DNA from: a virus
Lineage: Duplodnaviria > Caudoviricetes
Length of the DNA: 56,040 nt
IMG/VR virus record: IMGVR_UViG_3300045256_000426
Coordinates: 1 to 56,040 of that record
Reading direction: 5' to 3' (one strand)
Under the pieces are notes generated by a model. That model made no database searches, was not told the DNA's origin, and was given only the letters and a program-made list of their open reading frames with translations. A program made the position numbers and the translations under genes. Below are positions 37,354-46,216 of the stretch, piece by piece. The stretch's first letter is position 1. Each line of letters begins with the position of its first letter.

Positions 37354-37533
37354 GTGCGTTTAGAGAAGGAAGAACTACGGGAACGGATTCGAGAAGCGGT
37401 GGAGGAAGTTGACCCCGCGCTTGCCGAGAATACCGTACTCGTCGGAATTCTTGCGGACGAGATGTACGCCTATTTCGTCGACTCCTCGCTAGAGGAGGAC
37501 GAGGACGGGAGGTGGGAAGATGTCGACACATAG
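37354..37533 (+). CDS. Small acidic protein (59 aa, not in ORF track)
   Basis: AAGGAG SD, GTG start, MRLEKEELRERIREAVEEVD... Confidence 0.55.
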   Translation: MRLEKEELRERIREAVEEVDPALAENTVLVGILADEMYAYFVDSSLEEDEDGRWEDVDT

Positions 37534-37562
37534 CAGAAAATGCCGGCTCCTAGCCACGGAAA

Positions 37563-37721
37563 ATGTCTTCGACGACTAGCCGCCCCGCGAAGCTGTGCCC
37601 ACAGTGTAACGAAGCGGAGCTGAGGATGGAAGTACGAGGCCACGATAACCGCTCCGTAGAGTCCAACGTGTACATCGTCTGCGCGAACTGCGGGTATCTT
37701 TCGGGGCCGTTCAGGCTGTAG
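37563..37721 (+). CDS. Zn-ribbon protein, Lar-like pattern (52 aa, not in ORF track)
   Basis: CPQC...YIVCANCGYLSGP. Confidence 0.55.
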   Translation: MSSTTSRPAKLCPQCNEAELRMEVRGHDNRSVESNVYIVCANCGYLSGPFRL

Positions 37722-37955
37722 GGGGTACTACGAGGAGACTACGATGCCGCCACCCGAGGTAGGGAGGTGGGGCCAAGGCGAAAGAGGCGCCGGAGGCGCC
37801 GTGGTGTCGGGGGCCTTGGCAGACGGTGGCGAGCCGGGGGCACAGCCCCCAACGGGGGTACAGAGATACCCCCCAACGTAGCACACCGGAGCGGGGAGGT
37901 GGGGCCGGTAGTTCTTCTCTCCTCCTCGCTCCCAACAACCCTACGGGAGGAAACT

Positions 37956-38315
37956 ATGCCCTACGCGCGTATTCGGGACCTCATCCTCGATGAGGAAGGG
38001 TCGCTCCGCATCGACCCCGCCTCCCTGGAGGCCCTAAAGATCATCCGGAAGTTGAGATACGGGCTGTCGGACTCCGAGCCTACGAGGTCTTTCTGTGGGG
38101 AGCCCCACGAGGAGTTCATCGTCAAGCTCGACGATAGCCGAAGGCAATGTGTCGCTTGCATGAAGACCGATCGACCGAAGCCCTATCCCGCCCCGGCTAG
38201 GCAGGCCCAAACGGATCGGACCTCGGCCCCATTTTGGTGGGTCCTACCGACGGACCCGCCTGCGTTCAACGACAACGAGGATACGTTCGACGACGTGGAC
38301 GCGCCCGAGGACTAG
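37956..38315 (+). CDS. Hypothetical Zn-binding protein upstream of primase
   Basis: GGAGG SD; CGEPH...CVAC; acidic tail. Confidence 0.65.
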   Translation: MPYARIRDLILDEEGSLRIDPASLEALKIIRKLRYGLSDSEPTRSFCGEPHEEFIVKLDDSRRQCVACMKTDRPKPYPAPARQAQTDRTSAPFWWVLPTDPPAFNDNEDTFDDVDAPED

Positions 38316-38320
38316 AGAAC

Positions 38321-38977
38321 ATGGCGTACTACGAGCACGAACGAGAAGAACGCCGGCCGAGCCTCTCCCGTCCGTTCTGCTCCTGTCTGCCGGCGCCTAG
38401 CACCGAGCTTTGGGGAGTGGTCTATCGCTATCTCGAAAAGCGGGGCCTCTCTTCCTCGCTCGCCAAGTGGAATGGGTGGTACCCGAGCAAGAACACCACC
38501 GACACAGAACCGCGTATCGTCATCCCCGCGACCAGCGCGGACCCCACGAACTTCTTCTGGCAGGCACGATATCTTGGTGAGGACGCCCCCGCGTCCATCA
38601 AGCGGTACACCAGCCCGTACGCACCACGAGGCGACGCGATCGTGGTCGTCTGGCCACACGATACCACCCCACCTTCGCGGTCCGTTATCGTCGAGGGCCC
38701 AATGGACGCCCTGGCCGCAGCGGGGGAGGGCTTCCTCGGGATCGCCCTTCTCGGGAATACCCCGCCCGAGGCAGTGTTGGATCTCGTGCCGAAGTTCGCG
38801 GGGTTGTTCACGAGGACGACGCCGCTTCTAGTCTTTGACGAGGATGCGCCCAAGGAAGCGGTGTCAATTGTCCGACGGCTGTCGGAACGGGGCGTGGTCT
38901 GTACGCTTCGCTCTCCCTATCCGTACAAAGACGTTGCGTCCATCCCGAAGGAGGAAAGGAGTCGCTTTTTGGTATGA
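38321..38977 (+). CDS. DNA primase (TOPRIM)
   Basis: YLEKRGL, RIVIP, FWQAR, VIVEGPMDALA, IALLG, FDEDA, KDV. Confidence 0.9.
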   Translation: MAYYEHEREERRPSLSRPFCSCLPAPSTELWGVVYRYLEKRGLSSSLAKWNGWYPSKNTTDTEPRIVIPATSADPTNFFWQARYLGEDAPASIKRYTSPYAPRGDAIVVVWPHDTTPPSRSVIVEGPMDALAAAGEGFLGIALLGNTPPEAVLDLVPKFAGLFTRTTPLLVFDEDAPKEAVSIVRRLSERGVVCTLRSPYPYKDVASIPKEERSRFLV

Positions 38978-39144
38978 ACAAACAGACACGCGCGGTACTC
39001 CGTGAGTTCGTCGACGCCGTGGACGAGGATCACCTGGAATTGGCGGTACGGATCTACGTGAATAACTACGAGCTCTTTCCTCACGACAAGAAGTTCCTGA
39101 AAGGGCTAGCTGCATGGACCAAGATCCGACTTGCAAAGGAGTAG
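38974..39144 (+). CDS. Small hypothetical protein (56 aa, not in ORF track)
   Basis: ATGA overlap; AAAGGAG SD. Confidence 0.55.
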   Translation: MNKQTRAVLREFVDAVDEDHLELAVRIYVNNYELFPHDKKFLKGLAAWTKIRLAKE

Positions 39145-39905
39145 AGCAGCGATCCCCCAAGAAGACGAAGCGGCCGAAGCTCGATCCCCTCGTGCCCGAG
39201 AAGCTGTCCGCGGCTAGCTTCGAGAGGAGATGGTGTGCGGAACAATGCAAATTGTGTTTCGGATGCAAAACCCCCTTCCTTCGTCCGTTCGTCCCGAGAG
39301 GATGGACGCGGAAGCTGCTACTCGTCGGGGAGGCCCCCGGCGGCGATGAAGACACTCGTACCGGCCGTCCCTTCACGGGTCGCGCGGGGCGGCTCCTGCG
39401 ACGTCTGTACCGTACTGCCGGCTATCGCGACATTGACGTTGCGCTGGTCAACGCCGTCCGATGCCGCCCCGCCGGAAACGCGACACCGTCTATGTCCCAG
39501 GTGCGAGCCTGTCGTGGTTTCCTTCTGCGGACGATTATCGTACTCAATCCTGCGCGTATCTTGGGACTCGGTGTCGTCGCCGCCCGGGCCCTCACCAACA
39601 CCGGAGACGTCTCCGTCACGGGGCTCCGAGGTCGTCAACTCGAAGTGCCAGGAGTAGAACCGGCGGGCCTCGTCGTCTACTGTACGTACCACCCTGCCGC
39701 CGTCCTCCACGGGGCTACGCACCTAGCGAAACGTATCGTCGAGGATCTTCGACGTTTTGACGCCGCCCCGCGTGCCCTTCCCGCCGGCGAGCTCCCCCAG
39801 GATCTCCACACCCTAGGTGTAGACCTAGAGTGGAGCGCGGACGGCGAGCTTCTCACCATCGGACTGGCGGACGAGAAACATGCCTACGCTTTCGACGCAG
39901 GATAA
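39114..39905 (+). CDS. Family 4-like uracil-DNA glycosylase domain plus Exo I motif (N-terminal part of an SPO1-type polymerase)
   Basis: CKLC, VGEAPGGDED...PFTGRAG, NAVRCRP, RAC, TYHPAAVL; ends LGVDLEW...LTIGLA. Confidence 0.9.
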   Translation: MDQDPTCKGVEQRSPKKTKRPKLDPLVPEKLSAASFERRWCAEQCKLCFGCKTPFLRPFVPRGWTRKLLLVGEAPGGDEDTRTGRPFTGRAGRLLRRLYRTAGYRDIDVALVNAVRCRPAGNATPSMSQVRACRGFLLRTIIVLNPARILGLGVVAARALTNTGDVSVTGLRGRQLEVPGVEPAGLVVYCTYHPAAVLHGATHLAKRIVEDLRRFDAAPRALPAGELPQDLHTLGVDLEWSADGELLTIGLADEKHAYAFDAG

Positions 39906-41733
39906 GAAGCGTATCCAGGAGTACCTCCGCTCGGCGAAGTGGATTGCCGGGGCTAACACCGCTGGAGACGTCGAGAAGCTCGTCGAGTATGGCTTCGACG
40001 TCCCCGACGAATGGGTCGACGGCAGCAGGGTGCTGGACGCCATCCTCCTGTCCCGGATGGTTGACGAGAACGAGGAGAGTTACGAGCTCGAAAGCCAGCT
40101 GCTAGCCCACCACAACGTTCCCCCGTGGAAGCACGAGACGGAGCCCTACAACTGGGTCATCGAGGAAACGGACGGGAAGAAGCGGAAGGTCCGGCGGGTA
40201 GACGCTGCTCGTTGGCCCTCGGAGCTTCGGCGGAAACGCTGTCGGCTGGACGCCTGGGCAGGTCGTATTAACTGCCAGCACTTCGCCTACCAGTACTTCG
40301 CCAAGCAGCCATCCCCCCGTAAACGGCTGCTTGTCGAGTTCACCCATCGGGTAGCTTCGGCGGTATCGCGGTTGACCCTGTCGGGCATGGTCGTCGACAT
40401 GGCGGTGTTCGAAAAGCTCGGCAGCGAACTAGAACGGGATATGCTCGCGGCGAGGGATCAGCTCCAGAAGGCGGCGATTGCCGCCGGCATGCAGGAATTC
40501 TCCCCCTCGAACGACGGGCATATCCGGGAGCTCCTCTACAAACGCCTGGGGCTCCCTATCTTGGAGACTACGAAGAAAGAAGGACTCCCCTGCGTTGATA
40601 AGGACACGCTTAAGCAACTGGATAACCCGGTTGTCGAAATGCTCCTCCGGTATAACGCGGCAGAAAAGCTCTTCTCAACCAACGTGGAGGGGCTACGAGA
40701 TTTTCTCCTACCGATCGGCTACCTCCAAGGAAGCCCGAGTGTTCCTGTCTCTCTGCTGCCCGTCCACCTTAACCCTCTCGGTGCTCGGACCGGACGGCGA
40801 AGTAGTAGCAATCCTAACGTTCAAAATTGGGCCAAGCGGATCCGGGGAATCATTCGGAGTCGACACCCAGACGGCGGCGTAGTCGGCGCGTTCGATTACG
40901 AGAAGCTAGAGCCCCGGATCTTGGGGTGGCTCGCCAAGGAGCCGTTCCTCCTGTCCGTCTTCGGCCCCGGCGGGGGTGGGTATATCGTCATCGCCAAGCA
41001 TATGTGGGGCTTCGAGCCGATCAGCGGTAGCCCCGAGTACCGCGCCACGAAGAGCATCGTGCTTGGCGTCCACTACTGCATGGAGACCGAGAAGATGGCC
41101 CACCAGCTGTGGGTGTTGGGAGTCCGGTTCTCTGCCGACTACGAGGCCCACTGGCGAGAGACCGACCGACTTCGCCGGAAGTACCTCGCCCTTATCCCCA
41201 ATGTCGTCCGGTACATGGAGCGGCAAGAGGACGAGCTCCTCCGGACCCAGCAGATCGTAGCCCCTAGCGGCCAAGTTCGGCACCTTCCGTGTCCCGACGG
41301 GCAGAGAACCCGCGGCTACACCCACATGCGGAACCAGGCGGTGAACTACCCTGTCCAGGAAACCGCCTCGAAGATTACCGGTGCCGCCCTCGTGGGTATC
41401 GAACGGGAGCTCCTGCGGGAATACGGTCTCTCCTACCGGGAGTACCTATCTCTGCTCCTAGAGGGCCGAAAAAAGCTCTTGACAAATGGAGCAGGATGCG
41501 GTATAATTACCCCCAAGATCGCATCCGAGTTGTATCCGTTCTCCCTCCCCATCAACGAAGTCCATGACGAGATCACCGTCGATATCCCTCCTCATACTCG
41601 TGCGAGGGATTACGAGATCATCGTCGAGACCATGCGGAGCGTCCCCGATTTTCATGCCCTCGTCCCCGGGTTCGACGCTCCGCTTTCCGTAGACCCTCTT
41701 CTTTCTCGCCATTGGCACGTAAAGGAGGAGTAG
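39880..41733 (+). CDS. polA: DNA polymerase family A (Exo II/III plus polymerase domain)
   Basis: RTGRRSSSNPNVQN, motif A DYEKLEPR, motif B KSIVLGVHY, NYPVQ, motif C VHDE. Confidence 0.92.
   Translation: MPTLSTQDKKRIQEYLRSAKWIAGANTAGDVEKLVEYGFDVPDEWVDGSRVLDAILLSRMVDENEESYELESQLLAHHNVPPWKHETEPYNWVIEETDGKKRKVRRVDAARWPSELRRKRCRLDAWAGRINCQHFAYQYFAKQPSPRKRLLVEFTHRVASAVSRLTLSGMVVDMAVFEKLGSELERDMLAARDQLQKAAIAAGMQEFSPSNDGHIRELLYKRLGLPILETTKKEGLPCVDKDTLKQLDNPVVEMLLRYNAAEKLFSTNVEGLRDFLLPIGYLQGSPSVPVSLLPVHLNPLGARTGRRSSSNPNVQNWAKRIRGIIRSRHPDGGVVGAFDYEKLEPRILGWLAKEPFLLSVFGPGGGGYIVIAKHMWGFEPISGSPEYRATKSIVLGVHYCMETEKMAHQLWVLGVRFSADYEAHWRETDRLRRKYLALIPNVVRYMERQEDELLRTQQIVAPSGQVRHLPCPDGQRTRGYTHMRNQAVNYPVQETASKITGAALVGIERELLREYGLSYREYLSLLLEGRKKLLTNGAGCGIITPKIASELYPFSLPINEVHDEITVDIPPHTRARDYEIIVETMRSVPDFHALVPGFDAPLSVDPLLSRHWHVKEE
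41479..41507 (+). promoter_or_regulatory. Perfect consensus sigma70 promoter inside polA
   Basis: TTGACA-17 nt-TATAAT. Confidence 0.8.
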
Positions 41734-41736
41734 TCC

Positions 41737-42105
41737 TTGGCACCATTTTCACGTCGTGGCAACAAGGGGAATTCGATTCGCCTTACTGGGCTCTTCCCGA
41801 TGAAGAGCGGGAAGGGTTTCTGGGGCAGCCTTCGCCCACAAGATATCGAGGACCTCGTCCAGACCATCAAGCAAGCCAAGGCCGACGACAAGGGCCTTGT
41901 GTTCTTCGTTTGGAAGAACGATCGCGATCGCCGAGGGAGCGGGCCGGCCCTGTCTCTCTCCGCCGCTGTGTCCCAGGACCGGCAGGAGGACCGGCAGGAT
42001 CGTGTGCGCCGCCGTCCGATCGGTGCCCCGCAACGTCCTACGCCGGCCGACGACGACGACGACCCGTTCCCGGAGGGAGACGACCCTTTCGGGGACGAGG
42101 GATAG
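41737..42105 (+). CDS. Putative ssDNA-binding / replication accessory protein
   Basis: Acidic DDDDDPF...DDPF tail; LTGLF, VWKND; AGGAGG plus TTG. Confidence 0.55.
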   Translation: MAPFSRRGNKGNSIRLTGLFPMKSGKGFWGSLRPQDIEDLVQTIKQAKADDKGLVFFVWKNDRDRRGSGPALSLSAAVSQDRQEDRQDRVRRRPIGAPQRPTPADDDDDPFPEGDDPFGDEG

Positions 42106-42143
42106 AACCTCGGCGTGTTCGAGCTACGGCCCGGAGGTAGGTT

Positions 42144-43130
42144 TTGATTCCTCTCCCGGATAGTCTCACCATCGGCCGCGACGTCGAAGACGAGAAGAAG
42201 CTCCTTTCTGCCGCAAGGTCGTGGCTTGAGCGGGAGGAACGGCCGAAGGGGATCCACGCCAGTGATCTACTCGATCCTCGTAAGGCATACTACCGTCTCG
42301 TCGATCCCAAGGGCACCAGCGATCGAGATGTACCGATCTTCCTAGTGGGGAAGGTGCTTCATGCCTTTGTCCTCGGTTCCCTCGAAGGGAAGGTCGATCT
42401 TTCCGTTACGGACGAGGGCGCACAGTATGACGAGGAACTAGGGCTCTGGTACAGCCCCGACTGGGACAAGGGCGAGATCGCCGAGTTCAAGACTAGCCGT
42501 CGCTTCTATGAACCCCAGACGGCCGGTGACATCGATACCTACCTCGAACAGGTCCTCGTCTACATGGCGGCAAAGAAACGCCGCCGGGCGAAGCTATGGG
42601 TCTTGTTTCTCAACCGGAAGGACCCCGACAGCCGCCGTACCTCCCCCGAGTTTCGCGCCTATACCATCGACATTTCCGAGGAAGATCTTGATAACCTTCG
42701 AGAGCACATTCAGGCCACCAGAGCGGCGCTGGAGAAGGCCATTGCCCAAGGGAGCCCTGCCGACCTTCCGCTTTGTCGAGAATGGCTCTGTGGACCCAGT
42801 ATGTGTCCCTGGTGGGAACAGTGCAAGCCCGCCGGGCGATATGAGGTAGACCCCTCTGCTACCGACCAAACCCCGCCCCATCGTACCGATCTCTCAACGA
42901 CGTATAGTTCCTCTGTCGGCGGAGTTGGAGAAAGCGATCCTGTCGGCGATCCTTCGAGGCCACGTCGAACTCGACGTCGTCGAGGAACAGGAGCTGTCCA
43001 AGATGGGCCGGCTGCTGCTTCGGGCGATCTTGAATCTCGCGGAGACGGGGAGCAAGCCACCGTACCGCCTCGGCGTCGTCGCGCTCGTGGCGACGGACGT
43101 TCTCGGGGGGAACCGGGAGGAAGTTCGTAG
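42144..43130 (+). CDS. PD-(D/E)xK exonuclease (Cas4/RecB-like); C-terminal tail overlaps the helicase gene
   Basis: IHASDLLDPRK, SPD...EFKT, QVLVY, C-terminal Cys cluster CREWLC...CPWWEQC. Confidence 0.85.
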   Translation: MIPLPDSLTIGRDVEDEKKLLSAARSWLEREERPKGIHASDLLDPRKAYYRLVDPKGTSDRDVPIFLVGKVLHAFVLGSLEGKVDLSVTDEGAQYDEELGLWYSPDWDKGEIAEFKTSRRFYEPQTAGDIDTYLEQVLVYMAAKKRRRAKLWVLFLNRKDPDSRRTSPEFRAYTIDISEEDLDNLREHIQATRAALEKAIAQGSPADLPLCREWLCGPSMCPWWEQCKPAGRYEVDPSATDQTPPHRTDLSTTYSSSVGGVGESDPVGDPSRPRRTRRRRGTGAVQDGPAAASGDLESRGDGEQATVPPRRRRARGDGRSRGEPGGSS

Positions 43131-44037
43131 GTACCTCGCCGACGTCGCCCGTTTCCAGGCCGAGAGCGACGTAGCGGACATTCTCCAGAAGGTCCGCGAC
43201 AAGCAGCTGCTCGTCAGCCTGGTCAACGAAGCCGCCGCTCAGCTAGGAAAGGGCGTCCTCGACGTCGGCCACCTTTCCGCCCTCCTCGCGGGTCGGGAGA
43301 AGGGAACGGTCGACGTCGGATCGATCGCGGACCGGATCCGAGACGGGCTACCAGATGCCCCCGAAGGACTCCGACTCTCCAGCCTCCCGAAGCTGTCCGA
43401 AGCGACGGGTGGTGTCTACGGCGTCTGGGTCATAGGCGGGGGCCCCGGCATCGGGAAGAGTACCCTTGCATGGCAGATAGCCCTCGACCTCGGGCGCCGT
43501 CTTCCGATCGTCTACAACGATAGCGAGAATGGCTTCCCGGTCATCATGGACCGCACCCGTAGTATCTTCCAGGGCAACCTGGGGAAGATTCGAGAAGCAA
43601 CGAAACGCATCTTCTACTGTGAGAACGCCCGGGATCTGGACCGCCATCTCGCCGTCGTCGAGCCGCCGGCCCTCATTATCATCGACAGTCTCCAGAAACT
43701 TCCTTCGTCCGTGGAGTACCGACGGGAAAGCTTGGACCGCTGGATCCACCGGCTAGAGATGCTCAAGAAGCGGGGTTATCACGTCCTGCTCGTGTCGGAG
43801 ATCCCGCGCTCCATGTACGACAACGAACCGTCCATCGGTGCCTACAAAGAGACCGGCGAGATCGAGTACGCCGCCGATCTTGGACTCCAGCTGCTTTCGG
43901 ATACCGACGACGGCCCCGTACGTGCGTTCATCGTCAAGAACCGCCATCACCCCAAGAAAGGCTATGTATGTTCTCTCCAGCGAGTACGTAGCTGGTGGTG
44001 GGAGGAAACGGATACAACGTGGACTCCAACGATCTAG
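42856..44037 (+). CDS. DnaB-like replicative helicase (probable CTG start; first TTG at 42925)
   Basis: PLSAELEKAILSAIL DnaB N-terminal motif, GGPGIGKST, IIIDSLQ, KETGEIEYAAD, VKNRH. Confidence 0.9.
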   Translation: MLPTKPRPIVPISQRRIVPLSAELEKAILSAILRGHVELDVVEEQELSKMGRLLLRAILNLAETGSKPPYRLGVVALVATDVLGGNREEVRRYLADVARFQAESDVADILQKVRDKQLLVSLVNEAAAQLGKGVLDVGHLSALLAGREKGTVDVGSIADRIRDGLPDAPEGLRLSSLPKLSEATGGVYGVWVIGGGPGIGKSTLAWQIALDLGRRLPIVYNDSENGFPVIMDRTRSIFQGNLGKIREATKRIFYCENARDLDRHLAVVEPPALIIIDSLQKLPSSVEYRRESLDRWIHRLEMLKKRGYHVLLVSEIPRSMYDNEPSIGAYKETGEIEYAADLGLQLLSDTDDGPVRAFIVKNRHHPKKGYVCSLQRVRSWWWEETDTTWTPTI

Positions 44038-44120
44038 TCGTTCTGCTCCTCGTGACTATCATGCTATTCGCTAGAAGAATCCCCCGAGGAAGAAGAAAAG
44101 GAGCCAGATAAACCGCCACT

Positions 44121-44987
44121 ATGGCTTACATCCACTTTTCCTTCGACACCAAGAAGCAGAAGGGGGCCGGTGCGACGAAGCCGGCGTTGCGGCTGTACCC
44201 GCTGGTGTGTATGCACGTCGGCTCTCCACAGTGCGATATGCGCTTCCTCAAGGCGCAAATCGCCCGTATCGAGAACGATCCAAGCGGGCGGTGGGTATAC
44301 ATGGGGGACGGCGGGGAGTGCGTGACAAAGCTTTCGAGGGGGGATGTTTATGGGCAGCTCCTCTCCCCCCAACAGCAGATGGAGTGCCTCCTTGACCTTC
44401 TGCGGCCGATTGCGTCGAAGGGCCTGTTCGGGATTCGAGGCAATCACGGCAACCGGATCTACAAAGAATCCGGCCTCAGCTTCGACCATAATCTATGTAG
44501 TCAGCTGGGTCTGCCATACCTCGGTGTAGCGGCGATGGCGAACATCGTCGTCAACCGTAGCTCCTACGATCTGTATTTCCATCACGGTATTGACAGCGGT
44601 ACGCCGGTTACGTCGAAGGTGAAGCGGGCAGAGGATTTCATGCGCTTCATAAACGCAGACGCCGTGTTTACCGCGCATAGCCACGTCGCGATGGAGCTAC
44701 CACCCGCCGTGCTCTTGCAGGCGGACAACAACGCCCGCCGCGTTTTCACCCGCCTGCGGCACCAGTACATTTGTGGTTCGGCCTACGACAGTAGGACGGG
44801 CTACGCCGAAGACCGCGGCTACCCGCCGTTGCTGCCTTCGTACATCTCGGTGGAGTTCGACGGACGGATCATCGAAGGCCGAGCCGTGAAGGGCCAGAAG
44901 TTCGAGCGGTACCAGAGCGACGGTCAGCACGAACTCCGGCACGATTATATCCTACCCTATCTGGAGAACCAACCCGACAATGGATGA
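44121..44987 (+). CDS. Calcineurin-like metallophosphoesterase
   Basis: CMH (in place of DxH), MGD, GNHG, HHG, AHSH. Confidence 0.8.
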   Translation: MAYIHFSFDTKKQKGAGATKPALRLYPLVCMHVGSPQCDMRFLKAQIARIENDPSGRWVYMGDGGECVTKLSRGDVYGQLLSPQQQMECLLDLLRPIASKGLFGIRGNHGNRIYKESGLSFDHNLCSQLGLPYLGVAAMANIVVNRSSYDLYFHHGIDSGTPVTSKVKRAEDFMRFINADAVFTAHSHVAMELPPAVLLQADNNARRVFTRLRHQYICGSAYDSRTGYAEDRGYPPLLPSYISVEFDGRIIEGRAVKGQKFERYQSDGQHELRHDYILPYLENQPDNG

Positions 44988-45256
44988 CAAGAACGAACGG
45001 ATGTTCGCTGGTTTTCGTTTCGGTCTGTTCCTGCCATAGGCGCGGCGCGGCGCGGCGAGGGCTCGACCCTATGCCCGAGAACGTGGCAGCAACGACGGAG
45101 CCATGTAACCATCTCGGCACCGCTCTCTGGATCAACAACTTTAGCTGGTGGTGTGGTAGCTGTGGACGGGCCGTTGCCTTCTACAACCTGATCCCGCATC
45201 GTCAGGCGCACGTACCGGGAGAGATCGTCAGTCCCACGGATTTGGAGGATGTGTAG
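44984..45256 (+). CDS. Small Zn-binding protein (start uncertain, possibly 45071)
   Basis: CNH...CGSCG. Confidence 0.4.
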   Translation: MTRTNGCSLVFVSVCSCHRRGAARRGLDPMPENVAATTEPCNHLGTALWINNFSWWCGSCGRAVAFYNLIPHRQAHVPGEIVSPTDLEDV

Positions 45257-45259
45257 ACC

Positions 45260-45352
45260 ATGGACTACTTCTGGTGGGCGCGATGGTTCGTCGCCCAAAT
45301 TGCGATAGGAGTGATGGCGTTTTGGACTCTGCGCGTATTTCGCCTGCTGTAA
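45260..45352 (+). CDS. 30-aa membrane peptide (not in ORF track)
   Basis: GGAGG SD; MDYFWWARWFVAQIAIGVMAFWTLRVFRLL. Confidence 0.5.
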   Translation: MDYFWWARWFVAQIAIGVMAFWTLRVFRLL

Positions 45353-45795
45353 TCTCCGTCTACCTAGCGCATCCATACTCCAAGAAAGCCGAAGGGAAGC
45401 GCGTCCAGGCCGAGATCGAAAAACTTGGCATCCTCGTAGTCAATCCCTTCGACCGCGGGGAACAGGCGATCTATGACAAGAAGCTTGCCCCGGGCGGCGG
45501 TGGGCTCGATTACAACGACTGCGCCGCGATCGTCAATATGGACCTCTGGAAGATCGACGAGACACGGGGCGTGGTTGCGCTCCTCTTGGATCCCTCGTCG
45601 ATCGGCACGATTATGGAGATCTTCTACGCCTCCCACGTAAAACATCGGTCGGTCTTCTCCTATGCCCCGACCGAACGGTTCGCAGCGCACCCCTGGATTC
45701 GGTACTACAGCAGGGGGGTGTATCAAACCGAACCATCGCTGTATTTGGCGTTGAAGGAATGGGCTGCGGAGTGGAGAGAGCGGAGGGATGCCTGA
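45352..45795 (+). CDS. Nucleoside 2-deoxyribosyltransferase / deoxynucleotide N-glycosidase-like protein, probable ATC start
   Basis: VYLAHP, VVNPF, DLWKID, SIGTIMEIFYA; TA-ATC overlap with the upstream stop. Confidence 0.75.
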   Translation: MSVYLAHPYSKKAEGKRVQAEIEKLGILVVNPFDRGEQAIYDKKLAPGGGGLDYNDCAAIVNMDLWKIDETRGVVALLLDPSSIGTIMEIFYASHVKHRSVFSYAPTERFAAHPWIRYYSRGVYQTEPSLYLALKEWAAEWRERRDA

Positions 45796-46199
45796 TGTCC
45801 GACCAGACCAACCCAAAGGATCTCCTTGGCATCAAGAAGCCCCCGCTGCATCTCGTCCCGGCCGCGTTGCTGTTGTGGGTGTCGCGGGTGTTCGGCAAGA
45901 GCGCCAGGAAGTATGGCCCCTACAACTGGCGCGAGAAGAAAGTCCGCAAGAGCATCTATCTAGACGCCATTCTTCGCCACGCCCTGGCGCTGCAGGATGG
46001 CCAATGGCAGGACGGAGAAACCGGACTCCCGCACGCTGCTCACCTCGCGGCGAACTGTGCCATCCTCCTCGACGCCGAAGCGTTGGGGTGTCTCCTTGAT
46101 GACATGCCGTGGAAGAACGGTCCCGCCCCTCAGCTTATCGAGCAGCTGGCGGAGACCGACGCCGCCGCGAAGCTCCCTTCCCCTACCATCCCCGCCTAG
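45795..46199 (+). CDS. dATP/dGTP diphosphohydrolase-domain protein (DUF5664-like)
   Basis: NPKDLLGIKKPPLHLVP, KYGPYNWR, YLDAILRH, DGETGLPHAAH. Confidence 0.85.
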   Translation: MSDQTNPKDLLGIKKPPLHLVPAALLLWVSRVFGKSARKYGPYNWREKKVRKSIYLDAILRHALALQDGQWQDGETGLPHAAHLAANCAILLDAEALGCLLDDMPWKNGPAPQLIEQLAETDAAAKLPSPTIPA

Positions 46200-46216
46200 A
46201 AAGGAACCCTGCCTAC

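Noticed and set aside
45795-46199. Z-genome (2-aminoadenine) pathway
   Set aside because: No PurZ/adenylosuccinate synthetase-like gene seen; the diphosphohydrolase domain alone is insufficient
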